Assembly (NCBI GenBank): GCA_950097015.1
Contig: CATNEN010000005.1
Span: 6,014,001 to 6,078,000 of the forward strand
Reading direction: 5' to 3'
DNA length: 64,000 nucleotides
Source of the DNA: Macrostomum hystrix
Lineage: Eukaryota > Animalia > Platyhelminthes
The notes beneath the pieces are model-generated. The model had not been told where the DNA came from, ran no database searches, and saw nothing but the letters and a program-made list of their open reading frames with translations. The number at the start of each line of letters is the position of its first letter. Position 1 is the stretch's first letter. Below are positions 48,501 to 59,302 of the stretch, in pieces. Both the position numbers and the translations under genes were made by a program.

Positions 48501-51500
48501 CCTGGCGGCAAAAACTGCCAAAAATGAAAATATTTGTCTTGTAGCCGCATTCAATACAGACAATCCTGCAGTGTTTCTCTGGCTCATTTCTATCGTCGAG
48601 GACAACAATCTGTTTTTCGGTCACGATGATGACGGCTACAGTGCTGTTAGCACTGCATTTTTTAAGCAGAACTTGGACACTCTCAAACAAGTGACTGAGA
48701 AGCTTGGTCTGGCGGAGTGCCTGGCGGCAAAAACTGCCAAAAATCAAAATATTTGCCTTCCAGCCGCAGCGAATTCAGCCAATCCTGCAGTGTTTCTCTG
48801 GCTCATTTCCACCGTCGAGGATAAGAATCAGTTTTTCGTTCAAGACGATGACGGCGAAAGTGCTGTTAGCTCGGCATTTTGGGAGCTGACCTTTCTCACA
48901 CTCAAACAAGTGACTGAGAAGCTTGGTCTGGCGGAGTGCCTGGCGGCAGAAAATGCCAAAGGTCAATGTAGTTTGCATGCAGCGGCCTGGAACAGAGAGA
49001 ATCCAGCCTTATTTCGATGGCTCATTTCCATCGTCGAGGACAAGAAACTCTTCTTTGCAAAGGCACCAGGTGATTTCGGAAGCAATGCCGTCAGTTATGC
49101 CTTTTATCGTCAAGGGTTGGTCACAGTGAAGCTTTTGACAGACCGTTTTGGACTCAGCGAGTGTTTGAGCTGCATTGACAATCTAAATCGGGATTTGTTT
49201 TATCATTCCATTCTGAACAGCGCGAACCCGGGAGTATTTCCCTGGCTTCTCGAGCAGGTCTCCCAGCAATGTCCAGACAAGAAGTCCAGAATTTTCGAGT
49301 TGGATTCCAACGGCAACACTCTGCTTCATGCACTGTTTAGGAAGGTTGATTTGTTCGGCGATGTTGATGCGCTTGCAGTGCTGATCGGCCGCATAAACTT
49401 TCTTTTTGAAAATGAAGTTGATCCAAGAAAAGAAAACAAATTCAGACTCAACTGTCTGCTTGCCGCTGAATCCAGTGCTGACAATCTCAATCGTCTTTTG
49501 CGAGCTCTTCAAAGATCAGCGCATTTGGATATCTTCAGAAATCTGCAAAGAAACTCGGAGGGCCTTCATGCAGCTCATGTCTTCTGCACTCGCTACGAGC
49601 TCCGAGTTATCGAGAACGATTTGAGCAAGCTGTGTGGTCTCAGTCCTGACGAGCTCCTTGCAGTCCGAGTTTCTGACGGACCGCTGAAGGATGCAACTTG
49701 TCTGCACTTTGCCTGCGAATCCGGTCACAAGTTGAACATCGAATACCTTCTAAAGAAAGGACGGAAGCTGGAAGATGAGACAGACGCCGGGCAGACGAGT
49801 GTCGACTTTGCCTGCAACAAGGCGAAGCTCGAGAATGTTTTGGATGTTGCAGAGAAGTCAGTTGGTCTCGGAAAACTGCTCAAGCTGGTTGATCCAACGA
49901 AGCGAGCTCTGAACCTTCCGGACGTTCAGAGCGCCCGAGGTCACCTGACTCGATTCAACGACTCATCGCTGAAGGCCAGCATTGAGGATGATAAATCCAG
50001 ACGACAGACGAGAGGCAAGGAAGCCGGTGGGATGAAAAACGAGAGTCTGCAGGCCGGACACGGAGCTGACAGCATTTCAAAGTCCGAGGATTCGCCAGAA
50101 GTGAAAATGCTGTTCAGAGCATTCGAGCTCGACTCAAGTGAGATGCTCCGCAGCTTGATCAGTTTGGGCTTCGCCATCGATGAGATCGATGACCAGTTCT
50201 CCAGGCATGTCTTAAAGCAAATTGGCAATGGGCGGGAAAGCAGTAAGTCTCCTACAATAGCCAAGCTTCAAAAGTACTTCTCCTCAGAAGAAAGAGATTC
50301 TGAAGCTCTCATGCTGATGGAGTACGCAGTGCTGCTCGAGAAGCCGAAGCTGCTCAATGACCTGATGCTTCTGCCACAGTTTGACATCATCCCACAGACT
50401 TTGAGGCTGCTGGTTTATCTCAAGCCCAGAGTGAAGTCGAGCAATGTTGAGAATCTGAAAAAAGTGCAAGCTCTAGCCTTGAACATTGTCGTCAATGTTC
50501 TGGAGCACCTCTACGTGAATGCTGATGAAGAAGAGCGGAATCTTGTTTTCGACTACCTGAGTGGCTCATTTATGGTGTCAGACGGGCATCCTCAGGTTCG
50601 AGGTCCGAGGTTCCCGCCACCATTGGATTATCTTACCAGACCAATTTCAAACGATAAAACTGATCACGAAAAAGTGAGCAAAGATGCGAAGACACCAAAA
50701 AAGCCATCAGAAAAGAAGTCTGCAGCTGCAGTGATGTCAGTGATGGATCTGGTGCAGACCCTGGACTGTGACGATGTGTTTGCCACTGACTGCATCAGCC
50801 AGTTGGTGGATCAGCAGTGGAACAAGGCTCCACCGTTGCCCTGGAGCAGTCCTGCACGCTGCTGCTCATGCAACATACCGCAAAAGGTGACAATTAAACA
50901 GCGGTTCTTCATCCACTCTGCTTTTTTCCTGGTCTTTCTGCTCTACTTTGCATGGTACGTGACGGATTTCAGTCGGACAAAGCAGTCTCCGATTCTAGAC
51001 GTCGTCCTGTTGGCCTACGCGCTGTCCTTCACTCTGCAGGAAGTCAACGACTTGCTGAACAAGCTGTCTATGAAGGACATACGAATTTTCAGAATGCACA
51101 TGAGATGTCCTCGCTACTTCACCGACTTCTTCAACTACTTTGACATGCTCGGCCTGCTGCTGATGTGGGCGGGGCTGGTCCTGAAGCTGCTTGGCCGGCT
51201 GAGCGACCCCAGCCTCATGCGCAGCTCTCAGGTCGTCCTCAGCGTCTCGTTCCTGTTCCTGGGATTCCGCTCCGTGGCCCTGCTCAGCTACTTCAAGGTC
51301 ACTGGGCCGAACATCAATATGCTGAAGAGCTTGCTGTTCAAAGACCTGCTGCCATTCTTGATCATCATGCTGGTTCTGATCTTCTCATTTGGCATTTTCT
51401 TCTTCAACCTGCTGTTCCCGGCCTTCTCAGACCTGACAGACGTCCTGGCTCTCGTGAAGATTTTCACAACGCCCCTGGCGCTGGCCTTAAGCATCTTTGA

Positions 51501-51867
51501 GCTCTCGCTGTTCGAGTCGTGCAACTCCAGCAGTCTCGCGACCGGACAGACCTGTGCGGACAGTGGAGGCAACCAGGTGTACAGCCTATTCCTGATGTTC
51601 GTGTACGTCTTGCTGGTAAACATTGTGATGTTCAACCTGCTGATCGCACTGTTCAACCGCACCGTGACAGCGATGGCCAGCAGGGCGGAGGTTCTGTGGC
51701 GCAAGAATCTGTTCGAGCTGCTGGAGGAGTTCGCAGAGGTCAGTCCGGTTCCGCCGCCGCTGTCGTTCCCGCTCTACGCCTGGAAACTGCTGCGGAGGTG
51801 CCGCCCTTCGCACTGCCGACCCTGCGCTGGCAAAGTCGGTCCTTCTGACGGCTCTGAGAGAAGCAAG
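45553..51867 (+). CDS. Ankyrin-repeat TRP-type cation channel, gene B, coding exon 1 (2105 codons)
   Basis: Paralog of gene A with an expanded ankyrin array; all indels relative to A preserve frame; ends AAG|GTAAGA. Confidence 0.93.
46153..49224 (+). repeat. Coding 219-bp ankyrin-pair repeat in gene B: 12 near-identical + 2 diverged units
   Basis: Unit starts at 46153+219n (unit 13 at 48781, unit 14 at 49000); diverged cap NPGVFPWLL starts 49225. Confidence 0.97.
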
Positions 51868-52272
51868 GTAAGAGGCCTGGTGGACTGAGGGACTGACTCT
51901 GTTACTCACAGATGATAAATGGTCTGAATATATAGCCCTTAGATTCATTCAGACAATGACCGAATCCAATTTTCAATTGCAAGAACTGATTGTGTGTACA
52001 TGAATGCAAATGGCTTTGTAGCAAAGACATGCTCAGATTATAGTAAGCTGGGGCTGGTCATGAAACTCTTGAGGACTGATTAACAGTAGAAGCAAGGTGA
52101 GAGGCCTGGTGAGCGCAGGTGAACTGAGGGGCTGACTATGTTTACTCATATAGGCACTAGATTCAGTCAGACGATGACCGAATCCAATTTGAATGGAAAT
52201 AACTGGTTGTGTGCACATGATTGCAAATAAGCTCATGTTTCAAGGCGCTCTTCCTCACGGCTTCCGTTCCAG

Positions 52273-52557
52273 CCGTGGTGGACGAACCGGAGCGACTTCA
52301 GCGGCTACCCCGAAGACTTCAAGCGCTTCCTGATCTTCCAGGCCGAGCAGCTCCGGCAGCAGCGGCCACGGCTGCAGCGGGCGGTCGAGCGGCACAAGGG
52401 GGACGTCGATGTGCTGAAGGCGCACGTGGAGAACCAGGTCAAGGACCTGCGGGAGGAACTGCGGAATGAGATGAAAGAAAACTTCGAGAACCTGCAGCAG
52501 CAAATGTCGCAGGTGATGAGCATTCTGCAGCAACTGCAGCAGCAGCGTCAGCAGTGA
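52273..52557 (+). CDS. Gene B coding exon 2 (94 aa); full protein 2199 aa
   Basis: CTTCCGTTCCAG| acceptor at 52272; PWWTNRSDFSGYPEDFKRF...LREELRNEMKENFENLQQQMSQVMSILQQLQQQRQQ*. Confidence 0.88.
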   Translation, partial: PWWTNRSDFSGYPEDFKRFLIFQAEQLRQQRPRLQRAVERHKGDVDVLKAHVENQVKDLREELRNEMKENFENLQQQMSQVMSILQQLQQQRQQ

Positions 52558-53252
52558 CCATGCGACTTCAGCATGGTTTTCTCTTTACAAAGCATCCTTG
52601 ACTGCTTTCAGTCCTCCAAATCAATGCAGCGCGCCTTAAACAGGCAATTCTTCATTTGCTGGGCTCTTGTTTATCGCCTTAGATCTGTTTAAGAACTATT
52701 TCACCAACAGAAGATTTTCAATATGCAACTTTTAATTCATCGAGATTTCGCTACCACTGTTTTAACTGACAATTAATTACAATTACCATCATACTTAATT
52801 TAACTGAATTTAATTTAAAATAGAAGTTCTTGGAAGATAACTACTTGTACGAGCCGTATATCAAAAAACTATATTTGCTTGCTTTTTACTCGATTTGTTC
52901 GGTATTTTAAACTATTCCATTTTTCGAACTTTGTTGAGGTACCTCTGTGCGTTGAATTTATAATTCAGAAACTGCCTTCAACATTGACAATGCTTTTGTG
53001 CCATCACGCTTCACTTTCTACAATTTTCTAGAGTCTTGAAATGCTTGCTGAATTTCTTGTGCTCACTGGCACCTCAGTGTGCTCAAGCCCCACTCTGAGC
53101 TCGTGTCCGCTTTTACTTGAGTACTTAACAAGCTTTCGTATATTTTCTGGTACTTTTTGGTGATGACAAAGAAACATTTCCTTGCTGATGAAATTTACAG
53201 CTTCTCAAACTCGGGCAGATTGAGCACTGATTGACAGTTTGATCGAGTAATG

Positions 53253-54258
53253 AGTCTAGAATCCCCTGTGCAAAGCAGTCTAGAATCCCCTGTACAAAGC
53301 AGTCTAGAATCCCCTGTGCAAAGCAGTCTAGAATCCCTTGTGCAAAGCAGTCTAGAATCCGCTGTGTGAGCAGTCTAGAATCCCTTGTGCAAAGCAGTCT
53401 AGAATCCCCTGTGCAAAGCAGTCTAGAATCCCTTGTGCAAAGCAGTCTAGAATCCCCTGGGTGAGCAGTCTAGAATCCCCTGTGCAAAGCAGTCTAGAAT
53501 CCGCTGTGTGAACAGTCTAGAATCCCTTGTGCAAAGCAGTCTAGAATCCCCTGTGCAAAGCAGTCTAGAATCCCTTGTGCAAAGCAGTCTAGAATCCCCT
53601 GGGTGAGCAGTCTAGAATCCCCTGTGCAAAGCAGTCTAGAATCCCTTGTGCAAAGCAGTCTAGAATCCCTTGTGCAAAGCAGTCTAGAATCCCCTGTGCA
53701 AAGCAGTCTAGAATCCCCTGTGCAAAGCAGTCTAGAATCCCCTGTGCAAAGCAGTCTAGAATCCCTTGTGCAAAGCAGTCTAGAATCCCTTGTGCAAAGC
53801 AGTCTAGAATCCCCTGTGCAAAGCAGTCTAGAATCCCCTGTGCAAAGCAGTCTAGAATCCCCTGTGCAAAGCAGTCTAGAATCCCCTGGGTGAGCAGTCT
53901 AGAATCCCCTGTGCAAAGCAGTCTAGAATCCCTTGTGCAAAGCAGTCTAGAATCCCTTGTGCAAAGCAGTCTAGAATCCGCTGTGTGAGCAGTCTAGAAT
54001 CCCCTGTGCAAAGCAGTCTAGAATCCCCTGTGCAAAGCAGTCTAGAATCCCCTGTGCAAAGCAGTCTAGAATCCCCTGGGTGAGCAGTCTAGAATCCCCT
54101 GTGCAAAGCAGTCTAGAATCCCTTGTGCAAAGCAGTCTAGAATCCCCTGTGCAAAGCAGTCTAGAATCCCCTGTGCAAAGCAGTCTAGAATCCCCTGTGC
54201 AAAGCAGTCTAGAATCCCCTGTCCAAAGCAGTCTAGAATCCCCTGTGGAAAGCAGTCC
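53253..54258 (+). repeat. 24-bp minisatellite AGCAGTCTAGAATCCCCTGTGCAA, ~42 units
   Basis: Read directly; SSLESPVQ periodicity in the track. Confidence 0.96.
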
Positions 54259-54477
54259 AGAATCCATAAATTCAGTTTTTAGAAATTTATTAAGTATTTT
54301 TCGCTTTTAAAATTTTCAAATAGTCAAAAACAAGCACTTTCCTTTAGATACAGACCTTTGACTTGGTTTTGTTTTTTTTAATTTATTTCGGTTGTTATTT
54401 TCTTAACTGCTCCTATTGTGCACACCTTTTTAAGAACTAACAAGATTACATGCTTATCGTTTAATCTATCTTTACTT

Positions 54478-55247
54478 ACATGTTTATCTTGTGTTTACAG
54501 ACCCAGCTCACATGTTTATCTTGTGTTTACAGACCTAGCTCACATGTTTATCTTGTGTTTACAGCCCTAGCTCACATTTTTATCTTGTGTTTACAGCCCA
54601 GCTCACATGTTTATCTTGTGTTTACAGCCCTAGCTCACATGTTTATCTTGTGTTTCCAGCCCCAGCTCACATGTTTATCTTGTGTTTACAGCCCTAGCTC
54701 ACATGTTTATCTTGTGTTTACAGCCCTAGCTCACATGTTTATCTTGTGTTTACAGCCCTAGCTCACATGTTTATCTTGTGTTTACAGCCCTAGCTCACAT
54801 GGTTATCTTGTGTTTACAGCCCTAGCTCACATGTTTATCTTGTGTTTACAGCCCCAGCTCACATGTTTATCTTGTGTTTACAGCCCTAGCTCACATGTTT
54901 ATCTTGTGTTTACAGCCCTAGCTCACATGTTTATCTTGTGTTTACAGCCCTAGCTCACATGTTTATCTTGTGTTTACAGCCCTAGCTCACATGTTTATCT
55001 TGTGTTTACAGCTCTAGCTCACATGTTTATCTTGTGTTTACAGCCCCAGCTCACATGTTTATCTTGTGTTTACAGCCCTAGCTCACTTGTTTATCTTGTG
55101 TTTAAAGCCCTAGCTCACTTGTTTATCTTGTGCTTACAGCCCTAGCTCACATGTTTATCTTGTGTTTACAGCCCTAGCTCACATGTTTATCTTGTGTTTA
55201 CAGCCCCAGCTCACATGGTTATCTTGTGTTTACGGCCCTAGCTCACT
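54478..55247 (+). repeat. 32-bp minisatellite, ~24 units
   Basis: Period 32 (54721 to 54753). Confidence 0.96.
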
Positions 55248-55646
55248 CATTTCTAACACTAAATTGTTTTACAACAGTGTTCGGGTGTCTAATGGCATGA
55301 ATGCTGCTTCACAATGGTCGAGTGTACAGTTTTCGAGTTGTATTTGAGCAGTTTTAGTCATGAATTGATCAAAATATTCAAAATTATCTTGACTGAATCT
55401 GATCTGACACATGAGTGAAGCAGCAGCTGTCATCCAATGAACCGAGTCCTGTTTCAAATCCCATGACTATTTTCTCCCGAGAAATGAATTATCCCAGACT
55501 AAAAGCTGATTGACAGGAGCAATCGATGTTTATCCCAGCCATTTGCTCAAAATCAAAATAAATTATTTTGTTATAAAAGTCTCAGACTCGAACTCTGAGA
55601 ACTATTGACACCTTCTGATTAGAAACCTAATGTCTCTGGCTTGCCT

Positions 55647-56109
55647 GATGATTCACTCACTCAGTTGGCACAATGTCACAGGTGTGGCTCTTGGACTTGG
55701 CTGATGATTCACTCACTCAGTTGGCACAATGTCACAGGTGTGGCTCTTGGACTTGGCTGATGATTCACTCACTCAGTTGGCACAATGTCACAGGTGTGGC
55801 TCTTGGACTTGGCTGATGATTCACTCACTCAGTTGGCACAATGTCACAGGTGTGGCTCTTGGACTTGCCTGATGATTCACTCACTCAGTTGGCACAATGT
55901 CACAGGTGTGGCTCTTGGACTTGGCTGATGATTCACTCACTCAGTTGGCACAATGTCACAGGTGTGGCTCTTGGACTTGGCTGATGATTCACTCACTCAG
56001 TTGGCACAATGTCACAGGTGTGGCTCTTGGACTTGGCTGATGATTCACTCACTCAGTTGGCACAATGTCACAGGTGTGGCTCTTGGACTTGGCTGATGAT
56101 TCACTCACT
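55647..56109 (+). repeat. 56-bp tandem repeat, 8 units + partial
   Basis: GATGATTCACTCACTCAGTTGGCACAATGTCACAGGTGTGGCTCTTGGACTTGGCT at 55647, 55703, 55759 and onward; single related copy in A at ~23736. Confidence 0.96.
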
Positions 56110-56127
56110 AAGTGTTTGAGGTCTTGT

Positions 56128-56440
56128 GCTGGAGTCGCAGCAGGATGTTAGCTGGAATCGCAGCAGGATGTTAGCTGGAATCGCAGCAGAATGTTAGCTG
56201 GAATCGCAGCAGGATCGAAGCTGGAATCGCAGCAGGATCGAAGCTGGAATCGCAACAGGATCGAAGCTGGAATCGCAGCAGGATCGAAGCTGGAATCGCA
56301 GCATGATCGAAGCTGGAATTGCAGCAGGATTGTTCCTGGAATCGCAGCGGGGTTGTACCTGGAATCGCAGCAGCATTGTAGCTGAAATCGCAGCAGCATT
56401 GTAGCTGGAATCGCATCAGGATGGGAGCTGGAATCGCATT
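56128..56440 (+). repeat. 23-bp minisatellite GCTGGAATCGCAGCAGGATGTTA, ~13 degenerate units
   Basis: Period 23 (56128 to 56151). Confidence 0.92.
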
Positions 56441-56736
56441 ACAAAAACTAATTTTGTCACAGAGGTCCTGAGTGAAACAGCGATGAAGCTTCGAAGTTCA
56501 AGCTGGTTGCAAAATATTTCATTTATTCTACTCGGAGTAGTTTCGTAAGCCGAGTTACTTGAGCTTTTGAGCTAAACAAGAGGTCTGAAGTTCGAATCCA
56601 AAGCTTTTACCACAATCCTTCACATCTTGTTCTCTTTACTACTTCTAGTATTTCTGAGAGAGTAAAGCCCTGTTCATTGCCAATTGCGTGTGTGGTGACA
56701 GTGGATCCTTGGGTCAGTCAAAAGCTAGAGAATGAG

Positions 56737-56979
56737 TGTGAGAGATACAATTCAGACTACTGACAACAATAGAAAAGCAAGGACTTGGCTGCAAAACTCT
56801 CACATAACACTAAAAAATATCGCCATAGAAAATGACAAGCTTAAAAGAGACTTCTGTGCACACTGAGAGTGGTGGGAGAGGACTGCGTGTGGCTATGGCT
56901 GACTGACGAAGGCAAACAAGCCAGAAACCGGTCTCGGTCTGCCAGCGCGAGGTTCGTTCCCCACTTTTAGTGTGTTACA
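56737..56979. mobile_element. Solo LTR, 243 bp, hybrid flanks ATGAG...GGCCG (junction of copies B and C)
   Basis: ATGAG 56732-56736; GGCCG 56980-56984. Confidence 0.9.
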
Positions 56980-58917
56980 GGCCGAATGCTAGCCGAAAGC
57001 GGTATCTACATTTCGAAGCGATGCCACCGCAATGCCGAATTGCAAGCCTGTATGCATTGGCACTGGATGCTGACCAAATAAGAACACAATGAAAGGACAG
57101 AACAGAATAAAACAGGAGGCACTTATCATTGAGCAGACATCAGACAAAAACGAGCCCGAGAATAAACTGCTCAATAGTAAATTTATTAGCAGCAGAGCTC
57201 GAAATTATTTTATTTACAAATGACTAATTAGTCGATAACAATAGCGAGTATTCTAAGATTTTGAAAAATAAACTAGCTATATGTTTAACTGCGAAGCATA
57301 AGGAAATTATAGAAAACAGAGTGAATAACATTTGCCTAATAAAAATATTAATCGACAAGTTTGAGGAATCGCCATGCACCTTTGGGAGGGCAACTGCTTT
57401 TCCATCTGGTATACCAGAGACGATTTGGCGGCAAGTAGTGTAAGTGCCTTATGTCTAGCTGGCGCGACTCACACGGATATTCATGAAGGTTGCAACGAAG
57501 AATATTAATTGTTCGTTATACCGCCATGACAATCAACAGAATTTACCCCTTCACGGCCTTCAGTTGCACCAATATAATGCGACTCAGGACGGTAATGACT
57601 TCTGAATCCTGTAGAAAACCGGCAAATCTTAGTGATAATCCCCTCCACTGGAACATGTTTCCACTTGACACTCCTGCAGTAGGTTCAGACAACACCAGGA
57701 TTTTCTTCAGCCAAAGCTAATTGCAAAATTACTGCAGTGACAGGTTTACTGTCTTATTTAGCAGTAATTGCCAGCCGAAATGACTGACTAGCAAGACCGC
57801 CAATTCCATGATGTATAAACTAGTTCATTAATAGAAAACTGGCTGAACTTTGACTTTTTGTCTTCAGGAAAGTAGAGTAGAGCACACTGCCTATTTTCAA
57901 ATGCTAACTTCGAAAAGGATTGTAGAACAAGTAGCTGAAATGAATAAAATATAAATGAGTGATAGCATACAGATAATTTGTTAGCTAAGCAATTGTTTTA
58001 CCTAGCAAAAGTGGCTCTAATGCTATAGTAGAATGCCTGCCGTAACGGCCACCGTAACGCTGCAACGGATAGAAGAGACGCTGATTGCGGGCCGACTACG
58101 CAATGGCTACAGAATAGAATAGAATGCGACATTATCAGTCGAGCCGCCTGCTATCCGCTTACTCATTTCCCATTGGGCAGCCGTTGATTAGCGCTAAATG
58201 CCCATTTGCACAGCAAAAACAAAATTAAAAAGCTCGTATCTCGTGTCAGTACGCAACGATTATTGCAAAAATGTTTATACAAAGATAAATCAGTTCATTT
58301 GGAAGGGCCGAGCATATTTAATCTACAGAAAAGCAAAACAGTTGCTGCTTCCGAGCCTAGCTCTCGCAGCTGTCTTTGTACCTCACTATACGAGTATGCC
58401 AACTGCAACAATAAGCCACAATGAGCATAAGACTCAGAGACTAAAACTGTTTGCAGCCATAAAAATGGAGGCTGTCGAGGCTTTGAAATCTTTCGCCCAA
58501 GAAAAACTTTAGTCATAAAGGAAAGCCGAATCGAGCACAGACTCTTAATTGAGGCTCGAGTAGTGCTCTAGCTGCTCAGCCGTGTTCTCGAACTCAACTC
58601 GGGGTTTGGTGGGTCCTTTGTGTAGCCGCACAGATTCTCTCTTGTGTTGAGGCACAATTTGAGTACAGGACTCATTCTTTTAAATGCTGAGCAGCCAAGA
58701 ATGTATTTTACCTGTCATTGAAACTGATGCAAATGGAGGCTGCGAATGGGGGATGGTCATTTTGTCTCCTACTCAAACTCAACTCAACTAGTAAGTCTAC
58801 TCAGTGCAGCCATGCAGAAATATTTCTATATGAGCTCAGAAAGCATTGCGATAGAGGAGCCCTAAAAACTGATGCACACAGTCGCAATGCAGTGTGGCCT
58901 GCGATGCCCATCCTTCT

Positions 58918-59158
58918 GTTGCTAGGCAACAATAAACAAACTGGCGCCAATTTAAGAGCCGGAGTGGAGCATCGTCTTCGCTCTTCATTTGCGACGGCAG
59001 CTTTCAAGCAGCCGACTGACCGACATCCACCGACCGAGTCTCTCCGTTTCTAGGCGACTCTCTCCGTTGCTAGGCGACTCTCTCCGTTGCTAGGCGACTC
59101 TCTCCGTTGCTAGGCGAGACTCTCCGGATCTCCCATTGCTGCTGGAGTGCAGGTGAGG
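58918..59158 (+). promoter_or_regulatory. Upstream module 1 (copy C)
   Basis: X-box 58918-58930 + ATAAACAAA; CAG|GTGAGG with GT at 59153. Confidence 0.6.
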
Positions 59159-59302
59159 GGGTTAATTGCTGAACTAGTTTCCATAAACTACAAAACAGTG
59201 CTTTACTCTCTTAATGCTGTTATTTCTAAACAACAGTAGGTATATTAGTCGTTTGTTAAACTATGCTTTAGATGGATTTCAGAAATACAATCCTGACAGA
59301 TA

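Larger units (their letters stand above)
31826..56736 (+). repeat. Segmental duplication unit, copy B
   Basis: Collinear with copy A from the X block through the TRP gene and 3' arrays, plus extra 3' sequence at 55.7-56.7 kb. Confidence 0.95.

Noticed and set aside
55647-56109. Regular repeat arrays as possible CRISPR
   Set aside because: No unique spacers, no cas genes, eukaryotic context; units are contiguous.
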